A DNA stretch of 64,000 nucleotides from Callorhinchus milii (Eukaryota): positions 91,638,001 through 91,702,000 of the forward strand of contig NW_024704742.1 of the NCBI RefSeq assembly GCF_018977255.1, in the 5' to 3' direction. This document shows, piece by piece, positions 38,161-52,050 of the stretch (within the stretch, counting starts at the first letter, position 1; each line of letters opens with the position of its first letter). Under the pieces are notes generated by a model, which was given only the letters and a program-made list of their open reading frames with translations, did no database searches and was not told where the DNA came from. The position numbers and the translations under genes were made by a program.

Positions 38161-39114
38161 TACAAAAGCAATTGCTTCATGGCAAGTAAACTTCTCTGTG
38201 ATGAGGCACTATAATAATGTAAGTAGTTTATTTTCAGAGAAGGGGAGAAACAAGGACAAACGTAGAGAAGAAGTGAATTGAGCTTTGTCTGGAACTCCAT
38301 CTGTTCTGATTCCACTGCAGTGGAAACCCATTCCTACTCTGGTTTCTGTGAGCATTTATATAGTCATATGAATCCGTGTTAATCTGATTTAAGAATATTG
38401 TTAAACGGGTTTTAAAGTTTGCCTACAAAATACACATACACTATACTTCACTGTGAATCCCGTTGAACATTTTGAGTCATCCTCCACATGTGAAAGGTGC
38501 TATATCAAATTCAATGTCATTATTGTTATGAAGTGGAGACATTCAAAAAGATTAAAATCTCTAGAATCTATTTGTAAATGCTCCATTGCTCAGAACCAAG
38601 TTCAAGTATGTTCCCTGCTGGAAACCACAGAAAGTGTGGGCCGTACCAACACATCTCCACAAACCACAATTGCTATTTTCCCCTACACAAGTCACACATG
38701 TGTATAGTAAACACAAGGATTTCATAAGTCAGCTTTTCTGAGCCACAGGACCAGAAAACAGCCATTTCTTTCATTGCAGCAATAGTCCCGCAGTATATTC
38801 ATATTCCTTTAATATCATTCATAGAATAACAAATTATTTTTTTCTGAAAGGGGGAGTTTTGCTCGACCCTTCTTATTTTGGCCACGTTTGGCTTGGGTAA
38901 ATAAACATCTCATTTTACAGAAAATAATCTAGTGTGTGCTTTTGCTTCATTTGAGAACTTTTCTTTATGTTCCCCCACTCCTCCTTCCCGTCATCACTCC
39001 TTCCCATCATCACCGCTTCTTTCCTCAAGTCTCCATAAAGCGAGTACTCACTATCTCTCGGAGAGTATACACCTTCCCTCCCTCCAGGAATCTGTCAATA
39101 TCAATCTGCAGAGA

Positions 39115-39250
39115 CACATTGATTGTAGAGCGCGGAAACAGACCATTCAGCCCAACTAGTCTGTGCCGGGCTCCACATGACATTCCACCAACTTCTTACT
39201 TCCTCTCATACCCTTCTATCCCCTTCTCCCTCATGTTTATATCTAACTTC
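39115..39250 (-). mobile_element. CR1 3' UTR fragment
   Basis: ggaaacagaccattcagcccaactagtc...catacccttctatccccttctccctcatg. Confidence 0.7.
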
Positions 39251-39569
39251 AAGAGGCACGTGTGGAAGTGATGCTGATGAGTCCACTTTTGATTCTCTGT
39301 TGAGAGAAAGCCTGGCTGAGTAGCACGGGATCTTTAACGTCCACTTGAATAAGCAGACAGGACATCCGTAGCCTCACTCACGGTGTATCTCATATATATA
39401 TGTGAGAGAGAGAGAGAAAGTAGGACTCCTGATGGTGTTTTCCTAGTGTAGAGTGGGAGGAAGAGGAGTATTCATCCACTTGCACTGTCACTCATCCCGG
39501 GAACAGTGGCCAGCTGCGAGCGGTGCCTTGATGTGTTGCCAACGAGTACTGCTGCATTGCTCCGAGAGG

Positions 39570-39680
39570 AGAGAGAGCAGGGAAGTGGCATTGATTGGGT
39601 AGCTCTTCCAAAGAAGCAGCATGGCACGATGGGCCAAATGGCCTCCTCCTGTGTATAATATTCTATGATTCTATGATTCT
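39570..39680 (+). mobile_element. CR1 3' terminus
   Basis: gatgggccaaatggcctcctcctgtg followed by the CR1-type octamer tail (attctatg)n. Confidence 0.8.
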
Positions 39681-42441
39681 AGGAGTTTATTAACTGGAAA
39701 TGAGCCTCTTGTAAGGGCTTAGATTAAAAGATAGGCCAACTTTTAAGTAACTTTCCATCAAGAAGCCAACATGAGTAATCTTTGAATCAGAGTAAACAGA
39801 AGATATGTTCAGGACGGCCTTGTGATATGATAAATGGCTCCAGCAATGAGGCTGACCGGGTAACTCGGGAATGGGTCACCAGCAGCATCAGAAGGGCAGA
39901 TTATTATCAGATCACACTAACACTCATAGCATATTCTCTTTGCTGCACTTCAATGAGGTTTTAGTTAAAGTGAATCTTACAAAGCATTCTTGCAGCTGGA
40001 GGAAATCATTTCATAATGACTTTGTCATTGCCTTGTACAACAATAATAACTTTTGGATTTCGTATAGCACCTTATCACATCTCTGAAATGTCTCAAAATG
40101 CTTCACATGATTTACTGTGAAATTTTTAGGCAAACATGGCTGCCAACTTGTGCACAGCAATGATCCACAAACAGTAAGCTATCTGTGGTAATTATGACTT
40201 TTATAATCATCAGCATACACTTTCACAAATATTCACTTTACATTGGTTCTTTGCTCATTTCATAGTGCATTGCATTTCATCTCAGTCTTACTTCGTCTAT
40301 TAGAAGCAGCAAGTGAGGAAAGGCCGTTAAGCTTATTCCTTCTACAATTTAAGTTTATTTCTTCTACACTCCATCCAGCCAATATAAATAATGTGTATCA
40401 GTACAAAAGAGGTACAACCTCTGACGGTTGTTACCTAACATTGCAAATGTATCATCTTGTCTATTGTCTTGGTGTATCCTAAGATATTGATCTGGGTTTA
40501 CTTTTTCAATCCCATTTAAGATTGTATGCACCTCCATGAGGTCCCCTCATGTCTACTTTGGAGACTGAAGAGTCCTAGCTTGTCTACAAAGATACTACAT
40601 GACAGCAATTCAAGTGAAGCTCTATGAAACATTTCAGCATCATAGACACTACATCAAATGCAAGGAGTATAATTATGAATCACCCACAAATCCTTTAAGC
40701 AAGGCAGAGGAAAGCTGCAGTGTCCAGTGTTAATGGAATTTAATAAAATTGCTACAAAGCTTTTATGAAATAAAAATAAGCTCTTTTGCATTTTGAGATG
40801 TGCTAAAAATGAATGTGCTGTCATCTGCAATAATTTACTCCCACATCAAACCACTTTTTGCTGCAAACCAATACATCTGTTCACAAGCGTTTATAATACA
40901 TAAACAAACTTTTTTTTGGCTAAGTTCACTGAGAGACTTGAGAAAAATATTAGAAAAAATTAGTCATTATGATGTATTTCTTTTTTGGAACAGAAGATGT
41001 AAAATGTTATTTTTGAAATTTTACTTTTTTAATTATGGCTTTGCAAAAATTATGTCAACATTGAGCTAATGCAGCATGAATCATGTCAGCATATTATATT
41101 AATATTGTCTACATCATGGTCAGGTCACTTATTCCAATGGCATGCCACCAAGACAGATGCGGCAGCATTGGAGATAGAGATCAAAATGTAAACTAACCCT
41201 TTGACACCCCTTTTATGCTGCGAGGACATATAAAATTCTGATCTGTTAGAAACCAATCTTGACAGGATTCAGATTATATCTCTGATCTGAAGAAGTTTCT
41301 GAATCAGGAGAAGATTGAATCGCAGGCTAGTGTGTTTACTATGGCTTACAACAGGGGTAAAAGAGGAGCAAAGACTTGATTGGGACTTCTGGAATACACC
41401 GACCTGAGACCAAATCCTTCACTTCAGCATGTTTGAAATTGGCATCCAGAGGAGGGAGATGTTTTTTCAAAAATGAGAATGGGGTGAATATGTTTTGCCT
41501 GGCAATTTTTAAATCAAAACAGGATTGAATTTAGAACAAAATCAGAATCACAGCTGGAATCTGCTCTTACTATGTGCATAATCATAGAATTGAAGAAAAA
41601 ACATAGTTTATGTCAAGAAAATCATTTTTTGTTTAAACTGTGCGCTTTGTCCCTTTCAGCGAGTTGGGGAGGTCCCAGATTCTGACCTGAAATAGCTGAT
41701 GTGTCCTGGGACAGATGTTTGGGTGGTGTCATGATTTCAGTGATCTGGGGGGAAATGGGCGAAAAAACAACCAGCTGAGACTTAGTGTGCTGTGAGTAGC
41801 TGAGCTGTGAAAAGAAAGTCCCAGTTGCCGAGTTCTCTTTCTGAGCAAAAGTATGGCTATTTGGTCAGCCATTGTTATATATAGAGTGCACCTCAGCATG
41901 AGTCAATGCATTGTGGAGAGAAGGGGTAAAAGAAAAAATCAGGAGCAAAATTGGAGGACCAAAAGTTTTCTTTTCAAAAAAATACCTTTTTCTCAAAACA
42001 AATTCACAGATATACGTACAAAATGCTTTCCCCCTAAACTACCAACTAAATATTGTGCCCCATTATTTGCTGAACCTTTTAGTGTATCTGTGCTTCTAAA
42101 GACCTTCTGAATTAAGTTGGGAGCTCCTCAACCACGCCTGAGGCCATCACCACTGTAGCCAACAAGTCAATCCTATCATCTGTCATAAAGATCTGGGACA
42201 TGGATAATTGGCCTGAATTGAGAGAGTAATGTGTGAAGTCAGGATAATTTGCATGTACATTTGTGATTAATTTTTTGGCAGCGGACATTCATATAATGAT
42301 ATGTCTTTGAATTTAGGAATGTGAAGGCTGCATGGATCAATGCACTCACCTACATATTTGTGGTTGATAACGCCAAGTACATTTAATCACTCAACAGTAG
42401 CTGAGGTTCCAGCCACTATTGCTCTGTTCTAGGTAGTAGCA

Positions 42442-42580
42442 TAATAACAATCCTTGCATTTCATATAGCGCGTGATACTACATTGTTGAGACTTCCCAAA
42501 GCGCTTCGTAGAATATAATGCAAAGTGAATTGGCCGTATATTTTGTGTGTGAAATGTGGCAACCAATTGCGCACAGCAGG
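42442..42580 (-). mobile_element. SINE 3' fragment
   Basis: aatccttgcatttcatatagcg...ccaattgcgcacagcag. Confidence 0.75.
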
Positions 42581-42884
42581 GTCTAGCCTTTCAGCACTTC
42601 ATTCAAATGACCATTTTCATGTGAAATGTGAGACATTATATGCAGGGAATGTGGGAAGCCTGCAAGATAACAGCACTCAGGCTTCTCCATGAGGTTACAA
42701 TTGGAAATTGCAACCCACCGTAAGAGACACATCTCCCAAGGGATCAGAGCACTAATATTGGTGCTGTTCAGCTGGACTTTGAGAAGGTTCATATGTCAAT
42801 CACTCGTTAAAAGTATAATATGTGTGTTTACTTTTCCTCCTAAGAATTTGGAGATGATCAAAAAGCAGTTCACGGGAATATAAG

Positions 42885-43110
42885 AGAGCTTCAGACGTAA
42901 AAGGCCTTTTAGCTCATTTGATCTCATCGTTTCAGAACACCAACCCTGTCATCTTCCCATTACACCATCAAACTATTCTTTAGATGCAACTCTCTGGTCT
43001 CACCCAGCCACTTACGCCTTTTGATTACCTTAGTGGTGCATTTCAAACCTGTGACAATCTTGACCATGTGCCCTCTTGTCCTGCTGTCTCGTCTTGGCTG
43101 AAATATTGTT
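42885..43110 (-). mobile_element. CR1 3' fragment
   Basis: Minus ORF contains DSRTRGHMVKIV; reverse complement of the 3' UTR seen at 10430-10500. Confidence 0.6.
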
Positions 43111-44704
43111 AGAAATGATATGGAGGTCCCAATTTGCACATGACACTGAAGCCAAACTGAAAAATCAATATGCACAGGTTTGTAAGGATCTGGAGAAGCT
43201 ATGGGTTTGGGGCAGAATGGTAGCAGATTCTGCTCTAATCACTGAGCTACAGGACTCCAACGGTCATTGGTTGTTGGTAAATAATGGTCATTGGTTTAAT
43301 GCCTGGAAAGGTTGTCATGTTATGTTCTAGGTTCATTTTCTCTATCCCAAAAAACAACATCTTATATACTTCTAGAAAGTCCCTCTCAGACTTTTTTTTC
43401 TAAGGTGCTTGACCTATCCAGTTGTTCCACTCAAGACCTCTAGTACTGGCGATAAGCCTCATCCTTTGCGCCTGAAGACCATGTGTAGGGTTACCTCCCC
43501 CTGGCTCATGCTCCGTCACTATCAAGCGCTCTGGAAGCCAACCCTGCTTTGAGGGGTGCTATATAAATGCAAGTTGTTGTTTCCAGTTTCTGTATAAAGG
43601 CGACTTTTATGCACTCGCAGAATTGCTGGAAAACTGTTTGGAGGAAGGACTCTTCCCACATCACTCACATGGCCTTCACAGCAACCAATAAGCAATGCTG
43701 ACAGGCTCCATGAAGATGTCCTCGGATTGAACCTCACCCCTTGTGATGAAGTAAAATAACAGATTCTGGGGGGTAACTTGTTATGGGAGGTAAGGGTGAA
43801 TGGGGCAAAAATGCTTTTCAAATGACAAGTATTGTTTTTGAAAATAAACTACCAATGTTTATGTTTTCATTCTGACAACTCGCCAACCTCGCTTGTGCTG
43901 CTTTTCTCTGATGTATTTCACATTTGTCACTAAGAAAAATAAGTAGCGGTGGTAAATTTTGTTTTTACATTTTAGCATTGTGTAACTTCCTTCTCTATGA
44001 GCCTGTTATACTTTTTATGTTCTGTGTTAACAGGCATATGCAAAAATGTCTCACATGGACCGTGGGTTAATGCAACAAAACTAATTGATTCACTTTGATG
44101 TGGAGATTCAGGATACTTGAAGACACTTCAAACATTATCTGCGTTTCTTCCAATATAATGTGCTCTGTTGTCGGAAAGTTTTGGAGAAGTTTGTTATGCA
44201 ACATTCATGGATAATCACAAACAGTGAAGCAGCACAGCACTATGGCAACATATTTACTGTAAACCGATCTATTAATGAATAATTGATGTAATATCTAGAT
44301 GCATGTAGCATGTGCACATTATATAGCATTTTCTCATTCACAGTCACGCTATATTTTTATTCTTAAGAGATTGACATCTGCAAGGTTAAGCAGTCCATGA
44401 CTGAATTGCTTGGCTCCAATCCAGGAGTAAATGGCTCGACTGCAGTGTTCATTCCAAATTAATTTGTGTAACCGGACATGTAAATATGCACACGGATGTC
44501 ATAAGATGGATAATAGATTCAAATCGTAACAGATTTTTAGCAAAGTTTAGAAAGCCTGTGCTGTCCTTTTTTAAGGGATGATGATGAGACAAGTGTAGAC
44601 CTGCAGCTATTATCCTTGCCAATATTACACAAATAACCCCCTGAGGGCTGTGTAAATAAAAACTCCACGTTGGAGTGAGCATTGTAAAGGTAGGATGGTA
44701 GCGA

Positions 44705-45025
44705 GCCCAATTTTAGATGGATTGAAAAAGTAAACCCAGAACAATCCTTTAGGATGCAACATGATGGTAGAACAAGAAAACACGAGTTTAGAGTCATAAA
44801 GGGCAACTTTAGGGGAGACACCAGGAAGTTCTTCTTTACCCAGAAAGTAATCGACGACTGGAATAGATTGTCAGGAGGGGTGGCTGAGGCCAGGATACTA
44901 GACTCATTTTAAAAGCAGCTTGATGTTGTGATGGGAGGACAGTGGGGTGGGTGTTCTGGGGAATTAGATCAGATGAGCCAAAGGGCCTTCTTCATCCAAA
45001 CCAATCTTGTGATCTGTGACCTGAT
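44705..45025 (+). mobile_element. CR1 3' end (same family as 10183-10500)
   Basis: ggattgaaaaagtaaacccaga...agaacaagaaaacac...gactggaatagattgtcagga...cttgtgatctgtga. Confidence 0.85.
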
Positions 45026-45639
45026 GAAGAATCGGGATAAATTCAGAGGGGCTAATTCAGAAGAATAGAAAGCAGGACTGTTGTATGGCTGGCAACAGTG
45101 GATGATGTGAGGCAAAAAACATATCACTTTTAGGGTTAGGGTTAGTGTGATACAAAGACATTTGTGGGGTAACATTCTACCTGGGTTTAAATTTATTCCA
45201 TTAATGTAACATTTCACATAGTGTGCAGAATTGTTGAGCTCAGTTTTGATCTTGGAGCTGGTTTTCTATATTTCTTAAAGGTAATTGCAGAAAGTGTGCT
45301 TTAAAATTAAGACTGTATTTAAGAATTATGCTCTGAAATGTTACATTGTGTGCCTGAGAATTCTTTAGTTTTAGAGTAAACCTCATTTATAGAGGCCTCT
45401 AGGGAAAGCTCCAAGTTTCCTTCTCCTACATACTGACATCAGCTGGGACCTACACTTTCAGCACATCCTCTGAAAAGAATGGAGAACTCCCTTTGCTGCA
45501 CTTGTGCACACTCATTCCAAAGCAGATAACATTTTGTTCTCTTTCTAAGGGAGTCGTGTAAACAAAGATTTTTCTAAAAACATTGTTTATGGTTATTAAA
45601 GGACTCTTAAGTACATGTCTATGATGTGTCAGGTGGTTA

Positions 45640-45905
45640 CCTCAGCCCCGAGGCTCTGGAACTCCATCCCCCAATGCCTTCGCCGCCTCCTCCCTTTCCT
45701 CCTTCAAGGCCGGTCTCAAGACCTTTTTCTTTGACTGTGCCTTCAGCTCCCCTCTCGACTCTCTACCCCCTCCTCGCTCCCTCCCTTCCCTCCCCTCACC
45801 CTGACCATTTCCTCCCTGCTTGGGTCCCGACCCAACTGTACAGCGCCTTGGGACGTCCTCCCGACGTGAAAGGCGCTCTATAAATGGAATCTTGTTGTTG
45901 TTGTT
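45640..45905 (+). mobile_element. L2 3' end
   Basis: ctctggaactccatcccc...ttcaaggccggtctcaagacc...gtgaaaggcgctctataaatggaatcttgttgttg. Confidence 0.88.
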
Positions 45906-45924
45906 ACTTTTAACATTCCCAGCT

Positions 45925-46205
45925 ACAGCTTCTGCTCAGTGTGAAATTGAGCTGAACAGACCTGCAAAGCCCAGGTTTGTGATACTCGGTTTGCACTGTG
46001 AGCTAACATCATTGGGCTAGAAAGGGAAAAAGGTCAGAGAGGAATGCTCCCGATTGCTATTGAGAAGTTCCTGTTGGAAAGTGCGTGCGGATTTTGAATA
46101 AGGCTTGACTGTGCTGCCTTGACAGTTGAATAGCCTGCCAGGACTCATTGTTTGAGCTTACATGTGATAAATGGCCACCTGAGTAAAATACTACAGGGCT
46201 GGCAG
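45925..46205 (+). mobile_element. AmnSINE2-like relic
   Basis: gggctagaaagggaaaa...ctgttggaaagtgcgtg...ttgaatagcctgcca...aatggccac. Confidence 0.55.
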
Positions 46206-46512
46206 CATGTTTGCAATTACATGCCAATACTTAGGGAAGAAAATTTGGAATTTAGCTATAACAATGTGGGGATTTTCACAATGAGTAAAAATGTATTTCA
46301 GAAGCTCCAGGAAGAGATGAGACACAAATGTGTGCTCATGTTTGCCAAGACAGTGCAATATTAACAGATCTGTTCTGAGTGCACGCTATACAGAAGCAAG
46401 GCATGCCATTGTAGGGAAAATGAGAAGGAAATTCATCCCGGATCACATCTGTGCCTGTTTCAGTGACTCTGACAAGTGAGAGGAGCAGAGTTCTGGGTAC
46501 AGGGCAGATGTC

Positions 46513-47905
46513 TACAACAACAATAACAACAAGATTACATTTGTATAGCAACTTTCAATGTCAGGAGGATGTCCTAAGGCACTGGACAGTGTACAGCATT
46601 TCAGACCCCCGCTGGGATCGGGGGGCGAGAGGGGAGGGGAAGGAGGGTGGCTGATGGCATAGTCGAAGAGGAGGGTTTTGAGTTGGGACTTGAAGAAGGC
46701 TAAGGAGGGGGTGAGGCAGAGTGATTGGGGGATGGAATTCCAGAAGTTGGAGGCAGAGTGGCTGAAGGCTCTCCCGCCAATGGTGGGACGGGTGGGTTGA
46801 GGGATATGGAGCAGGCCGGAGCCGGCTGAGCGAAGGGAGCGGGTGGGTTGGTAGGGGGTTAGGAGGTCACAGAGGTAGGGTGGGGCGAGACCATGGAGAG
46901 TTTTGTAGATGAGGACCAAGATCTTGAACTGGATCCTCTGAGGGATAGGGAGCCAATGGAGTCAGGTGAGAGTGGGGGAGATGGGGTCACGGATTTTGGT
47001 GCGGGAGAGGACACGGGCTGCAGAGTTCTGGATTATCTGCAGCCTGTGGAGGAAGGAGTTGGGAAGGCCAACAAGCAGGGCATTTGCACAGTCGAGCCTG
47101 GAGGTGATGAAGGCATGAACAAGAGTTTCAGTGGTCTGAGGGGTGAGGTAGTGGCGGAGTCGGCGATGTTACGGAGGTGAGGGAAGGTAGAGAGGGTCAT
47201 GGCTTGGATGTGGGGAAGAAGACAGTTGAGGGTCGAATAATACACCTGACTGGCTTGGTGAGTTGAAGTGAGCAACCAGGGAGGTTGATGCTGCCAGAGC
47301 CTGAGGTGCTGAGGCGCTGGTGTGAGCCAATCAGGAGGGCCTCAGTCTTTATTCACATTCAACTGTAAGAAATTTGCCCTCATCCAGGACTTGATGTCTG
47401 ACAGGCAGTCTGTCAGGACAGCAGTGGTCCTGGAGTTGAGGGTGGAGGCAGAAAGATAGAGTTGGGTGTTATCCGCATACTAATGGATGTTGACCCCATG
47501 TCTGCGGATGATGTCACCAAGGGGGAGCATGTAGATATTAAAAAGGAGAGGGCCAAGGAACAGAGCCCTGGGGGACGCCAGACGTGACAGTGCGGGGGCT
47601 GGAGGAGAAACCGTTAAAGGCAACAAAGTGGAGACGGTGAGAGAGATAGGAATCGAACCAGGCAGGGGCAGGTCCACGAAGATTAAGTAAAGGGGAGAGG
47701 CGGTGTATGAGGATGGAGTGGTTAACAGTGTCGAAGGCGGCAGAGAGGTCGAGAAGGATAAGCAGGTAGAGGGAGCCCTGATCACAGATGTTCTGAATGT
47801 CATTAGTGACTTTGACCAGGGCTGTTTCCGTGCTGTGGGCAGTGCGGAAGCCGGATTGGAGGGGTTCAAAGAGGGAATGGCGAGAAAGGAGAGGTGCTGG
47901 GATGC
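46513..47905 (-). mobile_element. L2 LINE ~1.4-kb 3' portion (RT to tail), frameshifted
   Basis: [20 protein letters not shown]...[13 protein letters not shown]...GVPQGS; YADNTQLY-like segment near 47460-47480; GGRAFSHSASNFWNSIP. Confidence 0.94.
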
Positions 47906-48484
47906 GATGATTCGTTCCGGAACTATTCTCTGGGAAGTAGTGTGTGTTCTTTGGGGAACCCTGAGAAAAGGTGAAGGAGATGTGGGTGGGTCCAGATAGA
48001 TGGAGGAAAAGTTCTAAAAATAAGAAAAACCACACTCAGTAATTTTTTTGTAAGTTATGATTTTTTTTGTAAACTCTGCCCCTGCTCATACATGTGGATG
48101 TCAGGTGCGGGCATGCTTAGACTCCAACAGTTGAATAACCGCCTGACACTCGCTCTTGAGGTATTAGCAGGAACCTGGCCTGTTGAGCCATATACTCTGT
48201 CTGAGAGCCAAACATTGAGGAGAAGAAAACAATTCATCTATGAAATAAAAACACGCTGAAGATATCCAAAAATGCATCAACAACTTTCATTTTAAAAAAA
48301 CTACTTAAAGGATAAAAGAAGCAGCTAAGATCATGAAAAATCAAAGCAATAAAGGTGTAGTAATAACAGTGATGCAATCCCTTTATAAACAAGTAAAGAA
48401 AAGTTTGCTATTTTCAGGGGTCAGTGAGTGATAGGCCCCCATTGAACATAATAGAGGTATCGGCTAACAATCCTCCAGATTACA

Positions 48485-48835
48485 GCAACAACAAATTACA
48501 TTTGTATGTAGCACATTTCACGTCGGGAGGACGTTCCAAGGTGATGGACAGTCAGGAATTTGACCTGAGCTGGGGACTGGAATCAGGAGGGGTGGAGGGC
48601 ATAGAGGTGTGGATAGGATGGTGACCGCAGGTGCAGTCGAAGAGGAGGGTCTTGAAGAAGGGACGTAAGGGGGCGAATCAAAAGAACTGTGGAATGGAGT
48701 TCCAAAGACTGAAGGCCCGACCGCCGGGCTGGGGACATGGAGCAGGCCAAAGTCTTCTGAACCGAGGGAGTGGACCGGTCGGTATGGAGTTAGCAGGTCA
48801 CAGAGGAGGAGCAAGGCCATGGAGGAATTTGAAAG
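48485..48835 (-). mobile_element. L2 3' end
   Basis: gcaacaacaaattacatttg...cacgtcgggaggacg; minus ORF CDLLTPYRP. Confidence 0.85.
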
Positions 48836-50194
48836 CGAGCCTGGCAGGAATTAGCCTAGAAAAATAATAGGTGATTCACCTGATGGCTGTTTGTGGGAAT
48901 TTTGTCTTCAAAAACAGTCAGTAACAATCACGGCAATTGTCTTTGAGGCGTTTTATTGTGCTGTAATAGTTGCAAGCTCTTTCTTTCCAACTCAATTCAT
49001 TGACCTTAAGCGGGTGAAAGGTTGAGTGGAATTCACTGGGTTATGAACCAAGAGTTTCCTTGGATATTTGTAACAAAAATAACAATGAGAAAAGCAACAT
49101 CCAGATAAATGCCTTTCAATTTCTTTCATACTGCAGGGCACCTCAAGAGACTTTCTCTATATATTTGCCTCCATTTCCAGGCAGAGAAAATGCTTGCTCC
49201 AGTCACAGGTGGTTAGGATAGGACTGGAGGGTGAAAGTTAGTAAATATCACGGCTGTAATGAACACAGGCCAGGTGTTTAACCCTCATCAAGCTTTTCTT
49301 AGAGAGTGCCCCAGGCTTTGTCAACATCATTTCTATTGTGTTGAATGGGATAAATGGCTAACCATATTACGGGCTGCTTTGAAATCCAATTTCAAATTAA
49401 TTTCAATAATATTTAATTCAGGTAGCTACTGAGGTTGTTCAAAATGTGCATGTTTATTATTATAATAATAATGATTATTATTATTATTCCATTTAGATCC
49501 TGTATCATAGAAATCTCTTAAAAGTTCTTCACATTTAATTTCTAGTCATTTGGTGACTGTGTATTTGTCAGTATATGCAGCAGCCAATTTGCGCACAGCA
49601 ATGTCACAACAAACAGCTATGACTGATTTTATCTAGAAGATTGTTGGCCAGGACACCAGAAGCTTATACAGTACATCCAAATTCTTTCTTATTAAGAAAC
49701 CTCTCGAGTATCTTAACTGAACAACACCATGTTTCAAGTTTTCTTTATTGCTTATTGCACATATTAACAACTGGCTGTGGGAATGAAAAAGGTTGTCTTT
49801 CTTTTGCTCAGCTTTTGGTTCCCTCCTAACTGCACATAAACAACAACTTGCATTTATTTAGTGTCCCTCATGCAGGGTAGCAGGCCAGAACGCTGAAACA
49901 GAACCACTCTTTACTTCCCCCAACCATCTTCAATGAAACATGAAGGCAAAGAAAAATTATATAAGGCTCCATGCTCTGCTTGTGGATTAGGTGTCAGTGT
50001 GCCTCAGTTAGTAGCACTGTTGGTTGTGAGTCAAAAGATTTTGGTTTCAAGTCCTGTTGAACTCACAGGCTAGGGTGATGGTTCTGATGGAATGAACAGA
50101 GCAAAATATCGTTGAGTCCACAAGAATTAATTCACTGCATCGAATGTTGCTCTTGTTGGTTGGAGCTAAATAACTCACTTCACTCATCCAATGT

Positions 50195-50540
50195 GGAGTC
50201 CTGTAACGTAGTGGTCAGGGCATTCGCCTCACAAGCGAGAAGACCCGGATTCAATTCGTGGATGGAGCAAAACCTTAGAACAAGCTTCCTTACTCCACAT
50301 GCCTCTGTTTACCTAGCAGTAAGTAGGAACCCGATTGTTGATCGATTGACGGATCGCTTTCCGGGGGTAATAATCTCTTTAAAAAAATGTGATCACTCAA
50401 TCCATGATTGTTTGTGGGCCATCCTGCATTTCTCCCACAAATATAAAGTCAATTCACTTTCCAATATATTCTGTGAAGCACTTTGAGATGCCTCAACAAC
50501 ATGTTAACCCGCCTTATCCAATGCAAGGATTATTATTATT
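50195..50540 (+). mobile_element. SINE-A long form
   Basis: ggagtcctgtaacgtagtggtc...gcctctgtttacctagcagtaagtaggaaccc...tail. Confidence 0.88.
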
Positions 50541-50546
50541 ATACAT

Positions 50547-50800
50547 AATGGCCTAGTGTGAAAGGACCACCTAGTATAGCACCACGATCATGCAGACTGG
50601 AAAGGTTTGTGCTGAGCTAGCTACTGGCATGGTATAATTGTCCTAAATGCCCCTGGGTTAGGGAGGTGAAAGTCAGACAAAATTGGCATTCCTGATTTTA
50701 ATCCAGAGACTCCTGCTGGAATAGGATCGGGCTCAGACCTGGTGCATTTGCACTTGAATAGTCCACTGACACTCACTGTCAAGGCTCATACATAAATAAT
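50547..50800 (+). mobile_element. AmnSINE2-like relic (resumes after 51140)
   Basis: tgtgctgagctagct...gcccctgggttagggagg...ggatcgggctc...gacactcactgtcaaggctcatacat. Confidence 0.6.
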
Positions 50801-51140
50801 GGAGTCCTATAGCCTATTGGCTAGAGCATTCACCTCGCAAGAGAGAGGACCTGGGTTCAATTTCCAGGCGGGGGGAAACATTAGGCAAGTTTCTTTATTC
50901 CACAAGCCTCTATTTACCCAAAAGTAAGTAGGAACCTGGTTATTAATCAATTGACAGATCACTTTTTCGAGGGTAATAATCTCTTCAAAAAAATAGAAAT
51001 AATAATAATTTGGTCACTCAATCCATGACTGCTTGTGGGACACTGCTGTGTGCAATTGGTTTTACAGTATGTTCTGTGAAGCATTTTGAGATGTTCGAAG
51101 ACATGATAAGGCACTATATCAAATGCAAAGATTATTATTA
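50801..51140 (+). mobile_element. SINE-A long form inserted in the AmnSINE2-like relic
   Basis: ggagtcctatagcctattggctagagc...ggttcaattt; tail aaatgcaaagattattatt. Confidence 0.88.
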
Positions 51141-51639
51141 TGGCTATTTGTGCACTAGGTGCCAGTGGAAGCATAGGGAAGTGAATAGAAGGGAGGGAGA
51201 GACCCCAATTGTTGGAAAGAGAGAAAAACTGTTTTTTCTTATTTTTAGTTTGATATATGCAAGTTCCTGCAGCCTTCAAAGGGTTAACATTTCATTTTTC
51301 AAAATTCCTCTGAAAGGTTTCATTGGCGAGAATCTTTAATGGTCTGATTTGAATCAATCCCCTGCCCCCACCCTCCCACCAACACCCCCCACCCCTGGGC
51401 TCCTCCCCCAAGTTACTTTTGAACCAGTGTCAGGATGTGGGAGATCGTTTTTTTCTGACCCAACATCAGAGGGAGTAAATTTGCACCATTCCGATGGTTG
51501 GTTTTAATTTGAGCCAGTAGTCTGAACAAAATAAGTGAAAAGCTTTTTTCAATCATTCAGTGTTATACACATTTGATGGACCTGAACATTCAATAGTTAC
51601 AGACCAAACCAACTTTTCAGCCTGGCACTTGATAGCATG

Positions 51640-52050
51640 GTGTCAGCCTGGATCAGTTGATAGCAATGTGTCAGCCTGGCTCGATTGATAGCACTCTTAC
51701 CTCTGAGTCAGAGATTGTGGGTTCAAGTGCCTAGGCCAGACTTTTGTAATTCATGTTGTCTAAGCTGACATTGCATTCCAGTGGACCCGGAAATGTGTTC
51801 TTCAGATGAGATGATAAACAAGGTCCGGTCTGCCTGTCCAGGTGGATGTTGAAGATCCCATGGTGCTATTTGAAACAAGAAGAGAGTTTCTCTTGGTGTC
51901 CTAGTCAACAATCCTCCAAATAGAATTGGTCATTCACTTAATGAATTTCAGAGTTTGCCTATAAAATATACAGCACAACACATCACAGTTATTCCTGTGT
52001 CATACTTTGAGATATCCTTCTGATTTGAAAGGTACTTTATCGAATACATA
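51640..52050 (+). mobile_element. DeuSINE with tandemly repeated 5' head
   Basis: Head unit repeated at 51617, 51640 and 51668; Deu domain caggtggatgttgaagatcccatgg. Confidence 0.8.

Noticed and set aside
51361..51410. G/C-run patches with G-quadruplex potential (also ~20134, 27868, 28540)
   Set aside because: Common low-complexity sequence with no promoter or CpG-island context.
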